From: Antedon mediterranea
Taxonomy: Eukaryota > Animalia > Echinodermata
Length of the DNA stretch: 64,000 nt
Assembly: GCF_964355755.1 (NCBI RefSeq)
Contig: NC_092680.1
Span: 18,485,045-18,549,044, forward strand
Direction of reading: 5' to 3'
Below the pieces are notes generated by a model. The model searched no databases. It saw nothing but the letters and a program-made list of their open reading frames with translations, and was not told where the DNA came from. Below, piece by piece: positions 50,707 to 63,496 of this stretch. Made by a program: the position numbers and the translations under genes. Position 1 is the stretch's first letter; each line of letters opens with the position of its first letter.

Positions 50707-52064
50707 GCTGGTAGTAGGTGTAAACAATTCAAATTTCAGCACACACCCGGAACTAAGTCTCTCAGAGAAGTTCAGTAGACATATTAACCAACAAGCTCTT
50801 GTGAAGTTCAAGTAAGATATTTTGTTAAAACTAAATTAATAATAGAACAGTATTTCACTAAAAAATATAAATATATGCAGTAGGCCTTCCACTCAGCAAA
50901 AAATAAACATCACTTTTTCCGGTTTTTTTCAGTGGGCTGGTAGGTGTCAACAATTCAAATTTCAGCACACACACGGAACTAAGTCTATCAGAGAAGTTCA
51001 GTAGACATATTAACCAACAAGCTCTTGTAAAGTTCAAGTAAGATATTTTCTAAACATTACAGTATAATTATAAATACAGGCCTAATAATAGAAAAGTATT
51101 TTGGACATAATTGAATATCGTCATCGGCACAAGAATGATTAAATATCATTTGTTTCTTGTATCTAAAGCTTTGTCTACACTATCAAAGTTTATGTGAAAA
51201 GAAAATGTGATATGCCCATAGGGACATGATGATGTCATATTTCTACCATATTTGGGTAAATCATACTTTTTTTGATAGTTTGATAGTGTGGACAGAGCTT
51301 TACTTGTATATTGTATTAAATTTATCCATCAGCTTTTTTGTCATCGTATTTCATTATGTAGTAGGCCTATAGCATATTTGCAGCATAATATAATTTAAAA
51401 ACAAAAATAATAATAATAAACAATTTTTAGATGTAACTAACTGCGCATGATGATTTTATGATAGACAAGCCATTTTTGCAGAAATATTGAATGGAAATAG
51501 TGTAGCCTACCATCCTACAAAACACTTTTTTTTCTATTTTAACAGACAGAAGATCGTGAAATATAATAAACGGTTTGACGCCAAGTTGTGTATTCTACTT
51601 TATGATGGAAATTTACATAGTGATATGTTTAAAAATTGGTCCAATCGAAAGACCCGTCCCAAAGAATCTCCTCCTTTAGGGACATACGACACATGCGCTA
51701 TTGTAGGCAATTCAGGAGTGTTAAAACATAGTCATTGTGGAGAGGAAATTGATGAACATGACTTTGTTTTAAGAAACAACATGGCACCAACCGAAGGCTT
51801 TGAGAATGATGTTGGTACAAAGACAAACTTGATGTCCATTAATGGCGAATTAGTCAAGACAATAACTAATTGTTTTGAAAATACTACATGTAGTCCTACA
51901 TATTTGAAGAAAGTTAAAGTATTGAATGATACCATATTATGGTTTTCACGGGTTTTTTCTCCAAGTGTTCGTCAAAAGCAATATTATGCGCTATCGACTT
52001 TTATCAGAAATCACTCAATACCTTTCCGAATCGGTTTTCCTACAAAGCCATTGTCTACAACTGA
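50707..52064 (+). pseudogene. Partial downstream ST8Sia-like copy (duplicated exon 2 plus exon 3)
   Basis: Exon-2 paralogs at 50707-50811 and 50933-51037; open exon 3 at 51546-52064 with sialylmotif L. I found no exon 1 or exon 4 homolog nearby; sequence near 53040 already matches the flank downstream of the complete copy (46319). Confidence 0.7.
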
Positions 52065-52793
52065 GTAAGTGAAACTAAACTATCTTTTTCACTTTAGCAA
52101 TATGAACAATATTATATACAAAAATTGATTGATAAGTTGACAAGAATAAAGCATGCTCAATAAATTGTCTTTCACACCTGTTCTGGTACGGTTCCGTCCG
52201 GTGTTGGTATCGTTATCAGAACTATTGCAAGCATAGGCCTCCACATCCACAAGGATAGGATATAATACAGTATCCTGTTCCATTAGGCTTAAGCATATAT
52301 GCAACAAACATTGTTTATATGCCTACATCAACGTTTATCTTGTTAGGCGGCGGCCCAACAAACCTTACAAGTTCAATATTTTATTAACCGATTCCTATTC
52401 TCTCAATTGTGTTGATCGAACCAAGCATAGGCCTATAGGCAAAGACTCAACTTAACAAATGGCATTCACAACACTAATCCGGGAAAACCGCCTCTGCTGA
52501 AGAAATAGCACAGACACAGTGCAATATCTTAAACAAATTTTACTGTACATTCTGCTGGTGGATGTTATACTTGCATTAATTTAAACCTCTGTGCAATTTT
52601 CGATAGCTCCATATTTGTACACTTTTAGCACCTCATCCCAACCATCATGTCCTCTACATTAATTGATCAGATGGCCTACCTGCATGAGTCCAACCCTCTA
52701 AACATTAATCCACACCTCTCTTCAGCTTCTTTTTGGTCCACTTTTTCAACATTCGCACCCATCCAACACTGCGTTGTAGTCTAAGTATACTTG

Positions 52794-52953
52794 TTTATAA
52801 CTTCGCTTGTCATTGGTTAAAACGCTTGCGTTGCGTTTACGTCCTTGCGTTACGTTCTAGTGGGAACCAAGCTTTATAACTTCGCTTGTCATTGGTTAAA
52901 ACGCTTGCGTTGCGTTTACGTCCTTGCGTTACGTTCTAGTGGGAACCAAGCTT
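52794..52953. repeat. Tandem duplication of a ~79-bp element end (...CGTTCTAGTGGGAACCAAGCTT)
   Basis: Two adjacent, essentially identical copies. Confidence 0.85.
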
Positions 52954-55625
52954 AACACGTTATACTGTATATAACTACAAACGAAATCAAACATAAATTT
53001 AACCTATACCTGTTTTAATTCAACGTGTATAATATTTAGTATAAACGATATTGACGATCTGGTGTATTAACATGTGATTTAGTTTAGTGAAATGAAAACA
53101 AATAATTATTATTTATTTGGTAAAATAAAGTAGCCAATAGTTTTAGAATAAATCTATTATCATTTCTTTGTTTATGTAAGCATGGGCGGTCGTTATCGTC
53201 CTAGTGTGTATTATATCAGCCTTGCATATTATTATTATTGTTAATGTCATTTGGAACAATCTCCCAATTTGTATGCGAACTCTCCATCGTCAAGTTAAGT
53301 TAGCTACCTATACCTGTATTTCTGCAAATACATTAAATTCAAATTAAACAACTTTAAGTTAATTAAAAACTTATAAGCATGCCATATCAACAAAGGGCAG
53401 TGAAAAACTTTAACTCTGTCGTCTGCTTCCTGTAGGCCTATGTCGTTTTTATTAGTATCAGTGGGAAAGCCACTTTGCGTTTTGACCGTTAAATCGTGTA
53501 AAATCGACTTACTTCCGCATTGACGATTTTGAAGCGCCACCTATCGTTGAAAACTGAAACCACGATTTTTCGTCGCCTAGCAAATAAGTGCTGTTTTATT
53601 TTAAGCTCTCATGAATATTTAAGAACCGCCCAACATTACCTATTATGGTAAAAGCATTTCCTAATAAGTATAATTGAATAACCAATCGGTTTCTTTCAAA
53701 GAAACCGAAGCTAATACAATACATTCGGCGACTGAAGTCGGGACTCGTGAAATTTATAAATGTGGTACGATTTGACTACTGTTTTGTTGTCCATTTTCTG
53801 AATAGTCGGAGGTGCATCCCAACAAATTAAAACAATTATAATCAATTGTTTTATCAAGAATAATATTAGTTTAATCGAGTATGATATATTTCTATCCTGT
53901 TCAAAATTTGTTGGTGTATTCTCAGGCCTCGAAAGGTAGGTACATTTTCTAGCTGTGAGCGTGGTTTCGGCAACGCGAGACACGTGTGTCAGTATAGGCG
54001 ATAGCGAGACGTGTGTTGTACTGTGTTGATGCTGATCCGATAGTCGTTAAGTTGTACTGATTACGAGTATCATTGGTCCTGGCCGGCCTAGCCTGGTGAT
54101 CTGATCCCCCCAAAAAAATACTTTTTTTCAATCAGTATTAATATATTATTTGATTTATTAGGCTCAATAGATGCCTAGCTAGGCTACTAGTAGGCCTAGG
54201 CCTAGATTATAAATAATAATAGTAAATACTCTAATTTAATTAATAAAATACAGCTTCCATTTGCCTTACTTTTATGTCATCATATAATATTATAATTATA
54301 TATACAACCAGACATTAACATTTTTTAAAATAATATTTATTATTTTTTTCTGACACTTTCAGGAATCGTTGATGATGCAGAGTTCTTTTTCTTTGTGACT
54401 TCAAACTGAGAGTGAAGTGGATAAAAAGATGACACCGGTACCTACCGACATTGTCATACCCAAACTATAATTTAATTATTTAAAACAAAATGTTGAATTA
54501 CAAAAATGTATGTTGCAGAGGATTTAGATGAATATTACAATACAAATATTTATGTTGAATGCAAACCTACTACACTATACTCTGTAAATTATGTTATTGT
54601 CATGTGGTAGACCTTAAAAATTGAATATTTATTGTATGTTAGGCCTATTTTATATTTTATTATTATTAATACTGTATTAGTTTAATATTTATACTACAAT
54701 GTATTAATTTATATTATACAGTACTAGTTTGTACATGTTTTTACCCCAAAAAAATGAATAAATAATTTGTTATTCAATCTAATTGCTTGTTTGTTCATCA
54801 ATAGCAAAACAATTGTAAGCAAGTATATAACAGTTCTTGTTAGCCGCTTATTTCAGGTCATATTATTAATATTAGCTAGGCCCGACGCGCCCGACCACAA
54901 CGTCACTAAGTGACTTTCCGCCCCTGGAACAATCGCTCGCTAATAGGGCTAGGCCTCGGACTCGTATAAAAGCTATTATAATAGTTATGATAAATATTCC
55001 TCAACTAACATGTATACTGTGATAAATAAACAAGTAATAATATACGTTGTATTGGAATGTATTTATTTATATGAATTCTTATACGCGGACAATTATAAAC
55101 ATCGCGTATATCGTTCGCTATAAATAAATTCATAAACACGATGACGATGAGTTTACAAAATGGCGGTTTCGCTAGTTTTCGATGGAACAAATAGTGGTAC
55201 CTTTAGTTTGAATAGTCGGAGCTGCATCCCAACCACCGAATTTTGTATCTTAATTTCGTATTCTGTAGATTATTAATTTTTCTAACAGGGATTTTAAATT
55301 CAGGACTGTTCAATTTTTCTAAACATTTTATTTTAATGATTTTCTAGGGTACAATTTCGGAAAAAAGACATTGGTTGATTTTGCCGTTAAATTACAGATT
55401 ATCGTTTTGTTCAAATACATTTAATTTTACATGATAATATATTAAAACCATTTATGAATTTATTTCACTAACAATATTTTTCCGATAATCAGCTAAATTT
55501 ACAAATATTGTGTTTTAACACCCTAAAATTTAGCAATTTTCAACTAAATTAGAAAAGTAGGGCGCCCTCTCCGAGTCGAAATTTGACACGATTTGTCGAC
55601 TGGCTGTCCCACTGGTATAGAACAA

Positions 55626-55830
55626 GTCTTCTCGGATAAGGACTATAAACCGTGGTCCAGTGTACATCTAGCTCATGTGCACTTTAAAGAACCTAGTACA
55701 TCTTTCGAGACGAGTAGGGGGTTACCCTGGTGTACTAGTTCACACACAGAATTGCCACTGTCACAAACTGGGCCCTTAGGAAGAACCTTCTTAGACTGAA
55801 GAGGCAACCCAGTATAAAAAATAAATAAAT
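55626..55830 (+). mobile_element. 5'-truncated Deu/Nin-like SINE copy
   Basis: GTCTTCTCGGATAAGGACTATAAACCG..GTGCACTTTAAAGAACC..GACTGAAGAGGC followed by an A-rich tail. Confidence 0.75.
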
Positions 55831-57708
55831 AAAATATTTAGAATAAATGATTCACCTATTTATTTTGTAATTGTAGATCTATTTTGGCGGAAATAAATAA
55901 ATTTTATTATCATTACTTCTTTTTATAATTTACTTCAATGTATTTTTCTAAATTAGTTTAACAATATAATTATAAGAAAATCCAGAATAATAGGCACAAA
56001 TTTAATCATAAGTTACAATAATGTATTCATGTTATAAGACTTTATCGATCAATCTGTTTCTGGTATCATTTTAGAGTTTGTATCGTATGTCCTGTAAACA
56101 TTCAATCAGTAATTCAAAGTTCATTGTTTGCTGTAAGCAGCAGTATATATTTATTGTAGTGAACTACGGTAATAATATTATCACTATGTTAGCAAACAAA
56201 AAGAAGGAAATTATAATTTGTTTTGGATGGATTCAACCATTAGCAAACAGGGGTGAAGGCAAACATAAACTCTTTACATTGAAGATACCTAATCATGTTA
56301 TAAAGAACGAATTAATGTATTGTATAGGATAATGGAGTGGAGTGCTCCATGGTAGGATTAAGCAGGGAGGTAGTATACCTCCCTGGATTAACCTGCATTC
56401 ACACTGTACCATTCAGTGAAACCTTATTTATCCATGGAAACGAGTGTGAATTTAGCTGTGAAATACTGTATTCACCTCATTCAACTCTTATGCTCAAATA
56501 TAGTGGTGACAAAAAGTTATATGCCCAAATTTAGTAGTGATTAAAATGGTAGTGATATGACATCATCATGTCCATATATGGGCACACCACATTTTGTTGT
56601 CACATAAAGTTTGATAGTGTAGACAGAGCTTTAAAGACAGAAGAACTTGAGGCGTTATGATAGAGGTCTTACTTATTCACCAGATTGAACATACTCAGCA
56701 GGGCCGTAGCCAGGATCTGTCAAGGGGGGGGGGGGGGGGGGGTTCGGACACTAAGTATTTGGGTCACTGTCCCACTGTCACTGTGTTTCCTTTGTGGCCC
56801 GGGCAACAGCCTTAATTTCATACTAAATGTTGTTTCTGCCACTAAATTGAAATTGAGTTCCATTTCATCGTATACCATCCGGACACAGAACTTGATAGGC
56901 TTAGTCATAAAGTAGTTACAGAGTTGCAGGGCATTTTATCATTGTTGACAGTTTTGATATTAGCCTAATTGTTAAAACGACCTTCACAACCAAAATATTT
57001 CTTTGTAATAAAATCTATTTTAAATGGAACGCTACAAAAATAATCCTCTGCTTTATCAGAGCATGCATACCTAATAACCAGACAAGAACGTGTCTTTATT
57101 ATATTTTACTATCAATCTATTTTCAAGTCACGCAATCCATTTTCAACAATATAGTAGTATAATAACATTTTGATTGAATAGTGAGGGATTAGTTACAGTT
57201 TGACTTTGAATAAACAATTGGTAATTTACTGAAAATCCAAAATGAACTTGTGTTATAATGCAAAAACAATTATTCAATCAAAGAAACGCTCTACTACACA
57301 TGAGAAATAGATGTCGGTCGATAAACTTCTGACGACGACTAAAACAACGACAATCAGCTAAATGTTAGTAATTTTATTTCATCTCTGGCTTGTTACATTT
57401 TTCATGACACATTACCGGACTTCCCCCTCCTCTCGCAATGAACGACAGTACAGATCCTCCCTATCTAGGCTCGTGTATGTAGCATACTACTATACTACGT
57501 TATTCACAAATTACGCACGCATAGCAGTGTTACTAGAACCATCACAGATTACCTCTAATGGATCAATCATTCACACATGATTTAAAAAATTCATCGACAA
57601 ACGAAATATAGCCTATATTCATTCCTTTTAAATATTAAGCATATTGCCAAGGCTAATAATCGATTTGTCCATAATTATTGCGTTTTGCCGGGGGTTTTCC
57701 ATAATCTA

Positions 57709-58495
57709 AGGGCGCGTTTATACAACACGCTATTACACGCATATTCTACACGCCTGGACGAGAAGTGTGTTGTATAACAACAAAGAGATTCCGTGTAATG
57801 AGATTTTAATTGCAAAAAAGGCTACTTGGCTGAATCCTAAAATTTGGTGGATTCCCGGTCGCCGTTACCGTGTTGGAAGTGTCCTCAGGGTATATTTTGA
57901 CCTCTCGTTAAAACAGGTCGTAATATCAATCATGTCATGCGACGTCTAACAAGATTGGGCCCATTTATTGCTGCTTCGCTGCCAGCAATCATCCTCCTAC
58001 CACGTCTTACGCCTAGCCTGGTAGGGCCAACTCGTAGTGGTAGTAGGCCTCTATAGATAGACTATCGTTTCCCACTCCAAACAGAATAAAAAATAACATC
58101 GCAAAAATGGCATCTTCTTCCATAGTGTATAGATGAAACAATGAAACCCTTAAAATAACTTTTATTAATTTAAATGAACCGAGAACAAAATAAACAACAA
58201 TGCAAACGTGAACGAATACAATAATGAAAATGGTAAAAACCGCGCGAATACATCGGACAGCGAGGAGGCGACGATGATTTGTTGACAACAACCCAGCCAA
58301 CAATTCAATTCAAGCGATCAACGATTTGACCTTTTATCCTAGCATGCACTGCGTGTTGATGAAACTTCCGGTACAACACGGTATCGTGATTTCTAGTATA
58401 AACAGCAAACGTTAAGGTGGGTTGACCTCGGTCCGAACAACACGCTAAAAATTTAAGCCGTGTTCAAATTTAGGGTGTTGTATAAACACGACCTA
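57709..58495. mobile_element. ~790-bp non-autonomous element with CGCGTTTATACAACAC / GTGTTGTATAAACACG termini
   Basis: Inverted termini, internal ACAACACG repeats, CpG-rich interior with no credible ORF. Confidence 0.6.
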
Positions 58496-61143
58496 AGGCC
58501 AATGTTTAGGCCAAATCATAATTGTGCGTATAGTGTTGTATTTCCGATGCGTGTAGTACCCTATTTATCTTCATTTCCGTACGTTCGTCGTAAATAGGCC
58601 GAATTTCCGTAGTAATTTATAGACGTTCCAAAATTTGAACCGTGTTATACCGGTAACAGAGCAAAGTTTGCTTCTTTCTGCAAATTTCCTATCATTATTT
58701 TCTTTGTTTTATTTTGATCTGAGTGTGGTTTAAAACAACACTTTTGTAAAGTTTATAGTGGATAAATGAAAATGAATTTTTGGAAAATGTGGTTTTAACA
58801 TCTGACTTTATTTAGCATTTTTAAATGAATTAAAATTCCAAATTATACAATTTAACCTTTTGCTCAATATATTTATAGCAACTGTTTCATATTTTTTGTA
58901 CAACTTTTTAAAATTATTAATTGATAATTAATTTACATTAATTGAGTACAGTTATTAGAATGTATTACCGTACCAAAAGTACCTTAATCGGAGACTTCCC
59001 CGCGACGTTTGCATTGAACGAAAAAAAAATTATCATAAATTTACGTGCGAGAGTACTATTTGCGGCCATTTAGGGGTGTCATTTAACAATTTGCTTGCTC
59101 AAATACTCAGTGTCTACAGCCCTGGAGTCTTTGGGCAACCCTCTTAAAATAGTCCTGCGACCGCCCCTGATAGCTCTATCTATATTTATTTACAGTAATT
59201 TGTTGAGGAAACTAAATATATCAATGTAAATAGGTGGTATTGATACAGTTGAGTAGGCCTACGTATCGGCTGGTGGTCTAGAAAAAAATAATCGAATGCC
59301 ATAGGCCTAATGTAAACTACAGTACATGATACCATAGATATTATAGTGTAATATATTAAATTCACTATAATCCTCTATGATGATGATACACTATACTTCA
59401 TAGCCACACATAAATATTGTAGGTAACCGCCGCGTTCCATTTTTTGATGTACGTCGGAAGGCTATATACTTTATGCATGCTGACTGCCAGTGATCGAAAC
59501 AATAGGTACGCGGTTGTCTAGCGGTGTTCTTTGTACGATTCGTTCGTGCCCAAGCTCGCGTCAATATCATGTTACATCCTGGGACCAAAAATTCGTATTA
59601 TTTTTCAGGTGAAAATCGGCAACCAATTCATTTGTTTAACAATAAGGTATGAGTTATTCAAATGAGTTTACAAATTTTTCAATTTACAAACAACCTTTTG
59701 TATTGTGGGGCACGTATTTGGAGGATTTTCAGAGATGAGGGTGTGGTGAGGTATTGTGGATGTCGGGGATAGGGTTCGCAGTCGGTTAAGGGGGGGGGGG
59801 GGGGGGGGGTCGCTGTAAAGGGGGGTTCGCCCGAACCATAAAAACCCCCCCTGGCTACGGGCCTGCTCAGTTTCAGCGTTTTTCAATATCCCTCATCATT
59901 CAGAGTCTCTTCTTGTTTTATATAAAAGGGTGATTAAGGTTTTGAACAAACAACCCCACACGTTGTCTCATGGAGTTTATACAATAGAGAATACCACCTA
60001 TGACAATTACATATATTCTTTGAGAGGAGCCAGTCCCCACGGGTAAAACAATACTGTCACTAAAGCCCTGTCTACACTATCAAACTTTATGTGACAATAA
60101 AATATGCCCATATATAGACATTATAAAGTCATATCACTACCATATTTAAGCATATCACTACTATATTTGGGCATATAACTTTTTTTTGTAGAAATAGCTT
60201 AAGGTAAGATAACACTAAGGTAGGTAATTTACGTTCTAGTCTGATGAACTTGAGCAGGCCTTTGTAATGTTTTTCAACACGTATTCAAACAAGGCCATAT
60301 ACATGGCTGCAGTCGCGACTAAAAAAAACAAAGATATATTGAATACAATATCTGTGCATAAAAGAATATGTATTAATATGAATAAATGCCCTGAAGCTTT
60401 TTTTAGGGTATAATGGTAATGTGTATAATCAAATAAATTATGATAAAATACAGTAAGCCTTTATTTGATGGGGTTGTTTATTCTCTAAACAATGTTCTAT
60501 AGGGGCGTTTATTAGAGGAAGCTGTAACAGCTAATATAAATGTGACAATAAAATACTATATAAAAATATTAAAAATTAATAATTTACTATATTGTTTTGA
60601 TGGGTTTTATAAATAATAAATTGATGATAACAAAATTGATTATGAAATTAAGGCATGTGTGGCCATAGATACGGTGGTCTATAAAAAACATTAAATTTAA
60701 AATTTTCATTACATACATTTCTATCACAATGGCATGTTTCTATGTACTATCTATGTATAGTATTATGCTTTTGGTTTCACTCGGCAAAATGATTAGCACA
60801 AATTGAAAGTATTGGCTATTTCCATCTTCTAAATCCATTTCTATCGCTAATTCTAGAAGTTTTTGTCTCTAATTAATCAGAGCGCAGGAAATAAATTATC
60901 ATGAGTCCATATCAAACAGTTGAGCAGACATGTGATCAAAGTTAATAAATCTTGCAATTGAAAATAAGGGTAGTGCAAACAAAAACATTGACGAAGATAA
61001 TAAAACTACTTGTTGATCTACCAGAAGTAAACGAACATGAATCATTCCCTGCTTATAAAAATTATGTTGTGCTTCATTTCTTTGGTTAAATAAAGTTGAT
61101 CCCTGCACCACAAATGATGATAAAATTCCTCCAAACTGCAACA

Positions 61144-63496
61144 TTACAATCGAATTTTAAATGAACTGAAAGGAAAAGTAATAATATTAATTTGGAGATA
61201 TCATATTAATAATATAGTATTAAAAGTGCTGAATTCTAATATCCCGACAGAAAAACTTCAGGAAACTGAATTCATTTTTTGTACGAAAAGAGATATTGTT
61301 ATCTTACTATAATTCCATTATTCTTGGTTAATATAGCTATTGTTTGGTTTGCTGGGGTGGAAACATCTCACAAGGTGATAGGGACAGACTACAAAGGTTG
61401 GTTTGCTGGGGTGGAAACATCTCACAAGGTGATAGGGACAGACTACAAAGGTTTGTTAATAAGTTTGAGAGGATTATCGGTACAGAACTGCAATCGGTCT
61501 ACCAAGAGCGATTAGTTGGTAACTTCGATGACGTAATGTCTGACGAAAGTCACCCGTTGCATTCGACTATTAGCAGTTGCATAGTACAACGGAGCGGTAA
61601 ACTGAGGGTACCGGCGGCTAACACGAACCGATATCCCAACTCTTTCATTCCAAGAGGTATTGGCCTTTTCAATAGAAGATATGTTGTTATTAGTTATATT
61701 CTTTTGTCTTTAGTTAATTCTGTTTTTATATTTTTTGAGAGAAAAAGCTAAGAACACTGTAATTTCCAAATTTATGGATGAATAAAGCGATGTCTATAAC
61801 CATATTTGGGAGGCAGAAATGCGGAATCTGTTTGGCACACCATATTCAATGGTCAATTCTTATGAAATACATCACAGCCTTAACCACTCGGCAAAGTTAG
61901 GTATTAGGGAGCTTGAGATTTACAACGACCGAAATACGTCTTAGATATTTGGACGTGTGTCTTCACCTCGACAGAGGTTTAAAGATTTCTAGGTCCAAGC
62001 GATGACCAACGAAACATTGATTGACCTGAATTGAAAAGCTCCCTATCATCTGAATACAAGCCTTCAAAGTCTTAGTTCAGAAACCATGGGTTTTAATATC
62101 TAGCCATGTACGCCATCTTTTTCGGACCAAGGTCTCCCTTTATAGGGCTGCCTCCACAATAGTGGTGTCCCCTCAATAGGACTGTACCCTCAATAAGGCT
62201 GTCCTCTCAATAGTGGTGTCCCCTGAATAGAACTGTCTCCTGCATAGAGCTGTCCCCTCAACAGGACTGTCTCCTGCATAGAGCTGTCCCCTCAGTAGGG
62301 CTGTCGACTCAATAATGGTGTCCCCTCAATAGTGGTGTCCCCTCAATAGTGGTGTCCCCTCAACAGGGCTGTCCCCTCAATAGTGGTGTCCCCTCAACAG
62401 GGCTGTCGCCTCAATAGTGGTGTCCCCTCAACCGGGCTGTCCCCTCAACAGGGCTGTCCCCTCAATAGTGGTGTCCCCTCAGCAGGGCTGTCCCCTCAGT
62501 AGAGCTGTCCCCTGCATAGGGCTGTCCCCTCAGTAGAGCTGTCCCCTCAGTAGGGCTCTCCCCTCAGTAGGGCTGTCCCCTCAGTAGGGCTGTCCCCTCA
62601 GTAGGGCTGTCCCCTCAGTAGGGATGTCCCCTCAGTAGGGATGTCCCCTCAATAGTGGTGCCTTCTGAAGGAACGTCCCAATTGAGAGGTTCTACTGCAC
62701 AGTGCTATTAATCATATCTGTTCTTACTTGATGAAGTCAGGTGCTTTTGAAATGACATGTTCAAATTCAGCAAAGGACAGGTGGTCATCGTCATCAAGAT
62801 CAGCCTCTTCAAAAATCTAAAAATAAAATTGAGTTCAATCATTTAAACATAAACTAGCTGATACCCATCCTATCCTCTCTGTAGATGTTGTGATACAGCA
62901 CATGTCTGTTAAGCTCTGTCTAGACTATCAAGCTGGTTTGACAAAAAGTGTGATGTGCCAAAAGTATGGTAGTGATATGCTAAAACATGGTAGTGATAGA
63001 CATCATCATGTCCATATAGGGGTACATATAACATTTTTGTTGTCATATAAAGTTTGATAATGTAGACAGTATTTTTTTGCTTGTGGGGACTGCCTCCTCT
63101 CAAAGAATATATGTAATTGTCGTAGGTAGTATTCTTGATTGTATAAAGTACATGAGACAACGTGCAGGGTCATGTCCATATATATATATGGGCACATCAC
63201 ATTTTTTTTTCCCAACAAATTTGATAGTGTAGACAGAGCTTTACTTCATCATAGGAAATATTTAGGACTTGTTAAATCAGATGAGACACACATGTGATGG
63301 TGTATTATATATTTTGTATAAATACAGAATCTAGATATAGAATGGTGAATCGGTAAGTGTATCCAATTGAAAATATTTCACTTTACATTGTTAATAAGAT
63401 GTTGCATATCCTCGTCATTTAACGTCTGTTCACCGGTCAATCTATTGATGACCTCTCGAAGGTCACTACTACCAATAAAATCATCCTCATCAAAAT
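61144..63496 (-). CDS. CIB1: Calcium- and integrin-binding protein (CIB1-like), last three coding exons; 5' part lies outside the window
   Basis: Exons 63387-63496 (DFDEDDFIGSSDLREVINRLTGEQ..MQHLINN), 62728-62816 (IFEEADLDDDDHLSFAEFEHVISKAPDFI) and 61144-61165 (SFKIRL stop). Matches EF3/EF4 and the C-terminus of the CIB family; assignment to CIB1 rather than another paralog is from memory. Confidence 0.88.
61240..61790 (+). mobile_element. 3' fragment of a Rex/Babar-like (CR1 group) LINE with a 54-bp internal duplication
   Basis: VCWGGNISQGDRDRLQR twice, D..HPLH, SGKLRVP..TNRYPNSFIPRGI.LFN. Confidence 0.7.
62143..62662. repeat. 17-bp minisatellite (CTGTCCCCTCAATAGGG-like), about 30 copies, in the last CIB intron
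   Basis: Directly visible; followed by a GAGAGGTTCTACTGCA terminus. Confidence 0.95.

Noticed and set aside
58013-58303. Hydrophobic 96-aa ORF
   Set aside because: Lies inside a TIR-bounded element, has a non-ATG start and no family similarity; AT-rich bias explains the hydrophobicity.
61344-61751. 135-aa ORF as a host gene nested in CIB
   Set aside because: The motifs are those of a LINE ORF2 C-terminus.
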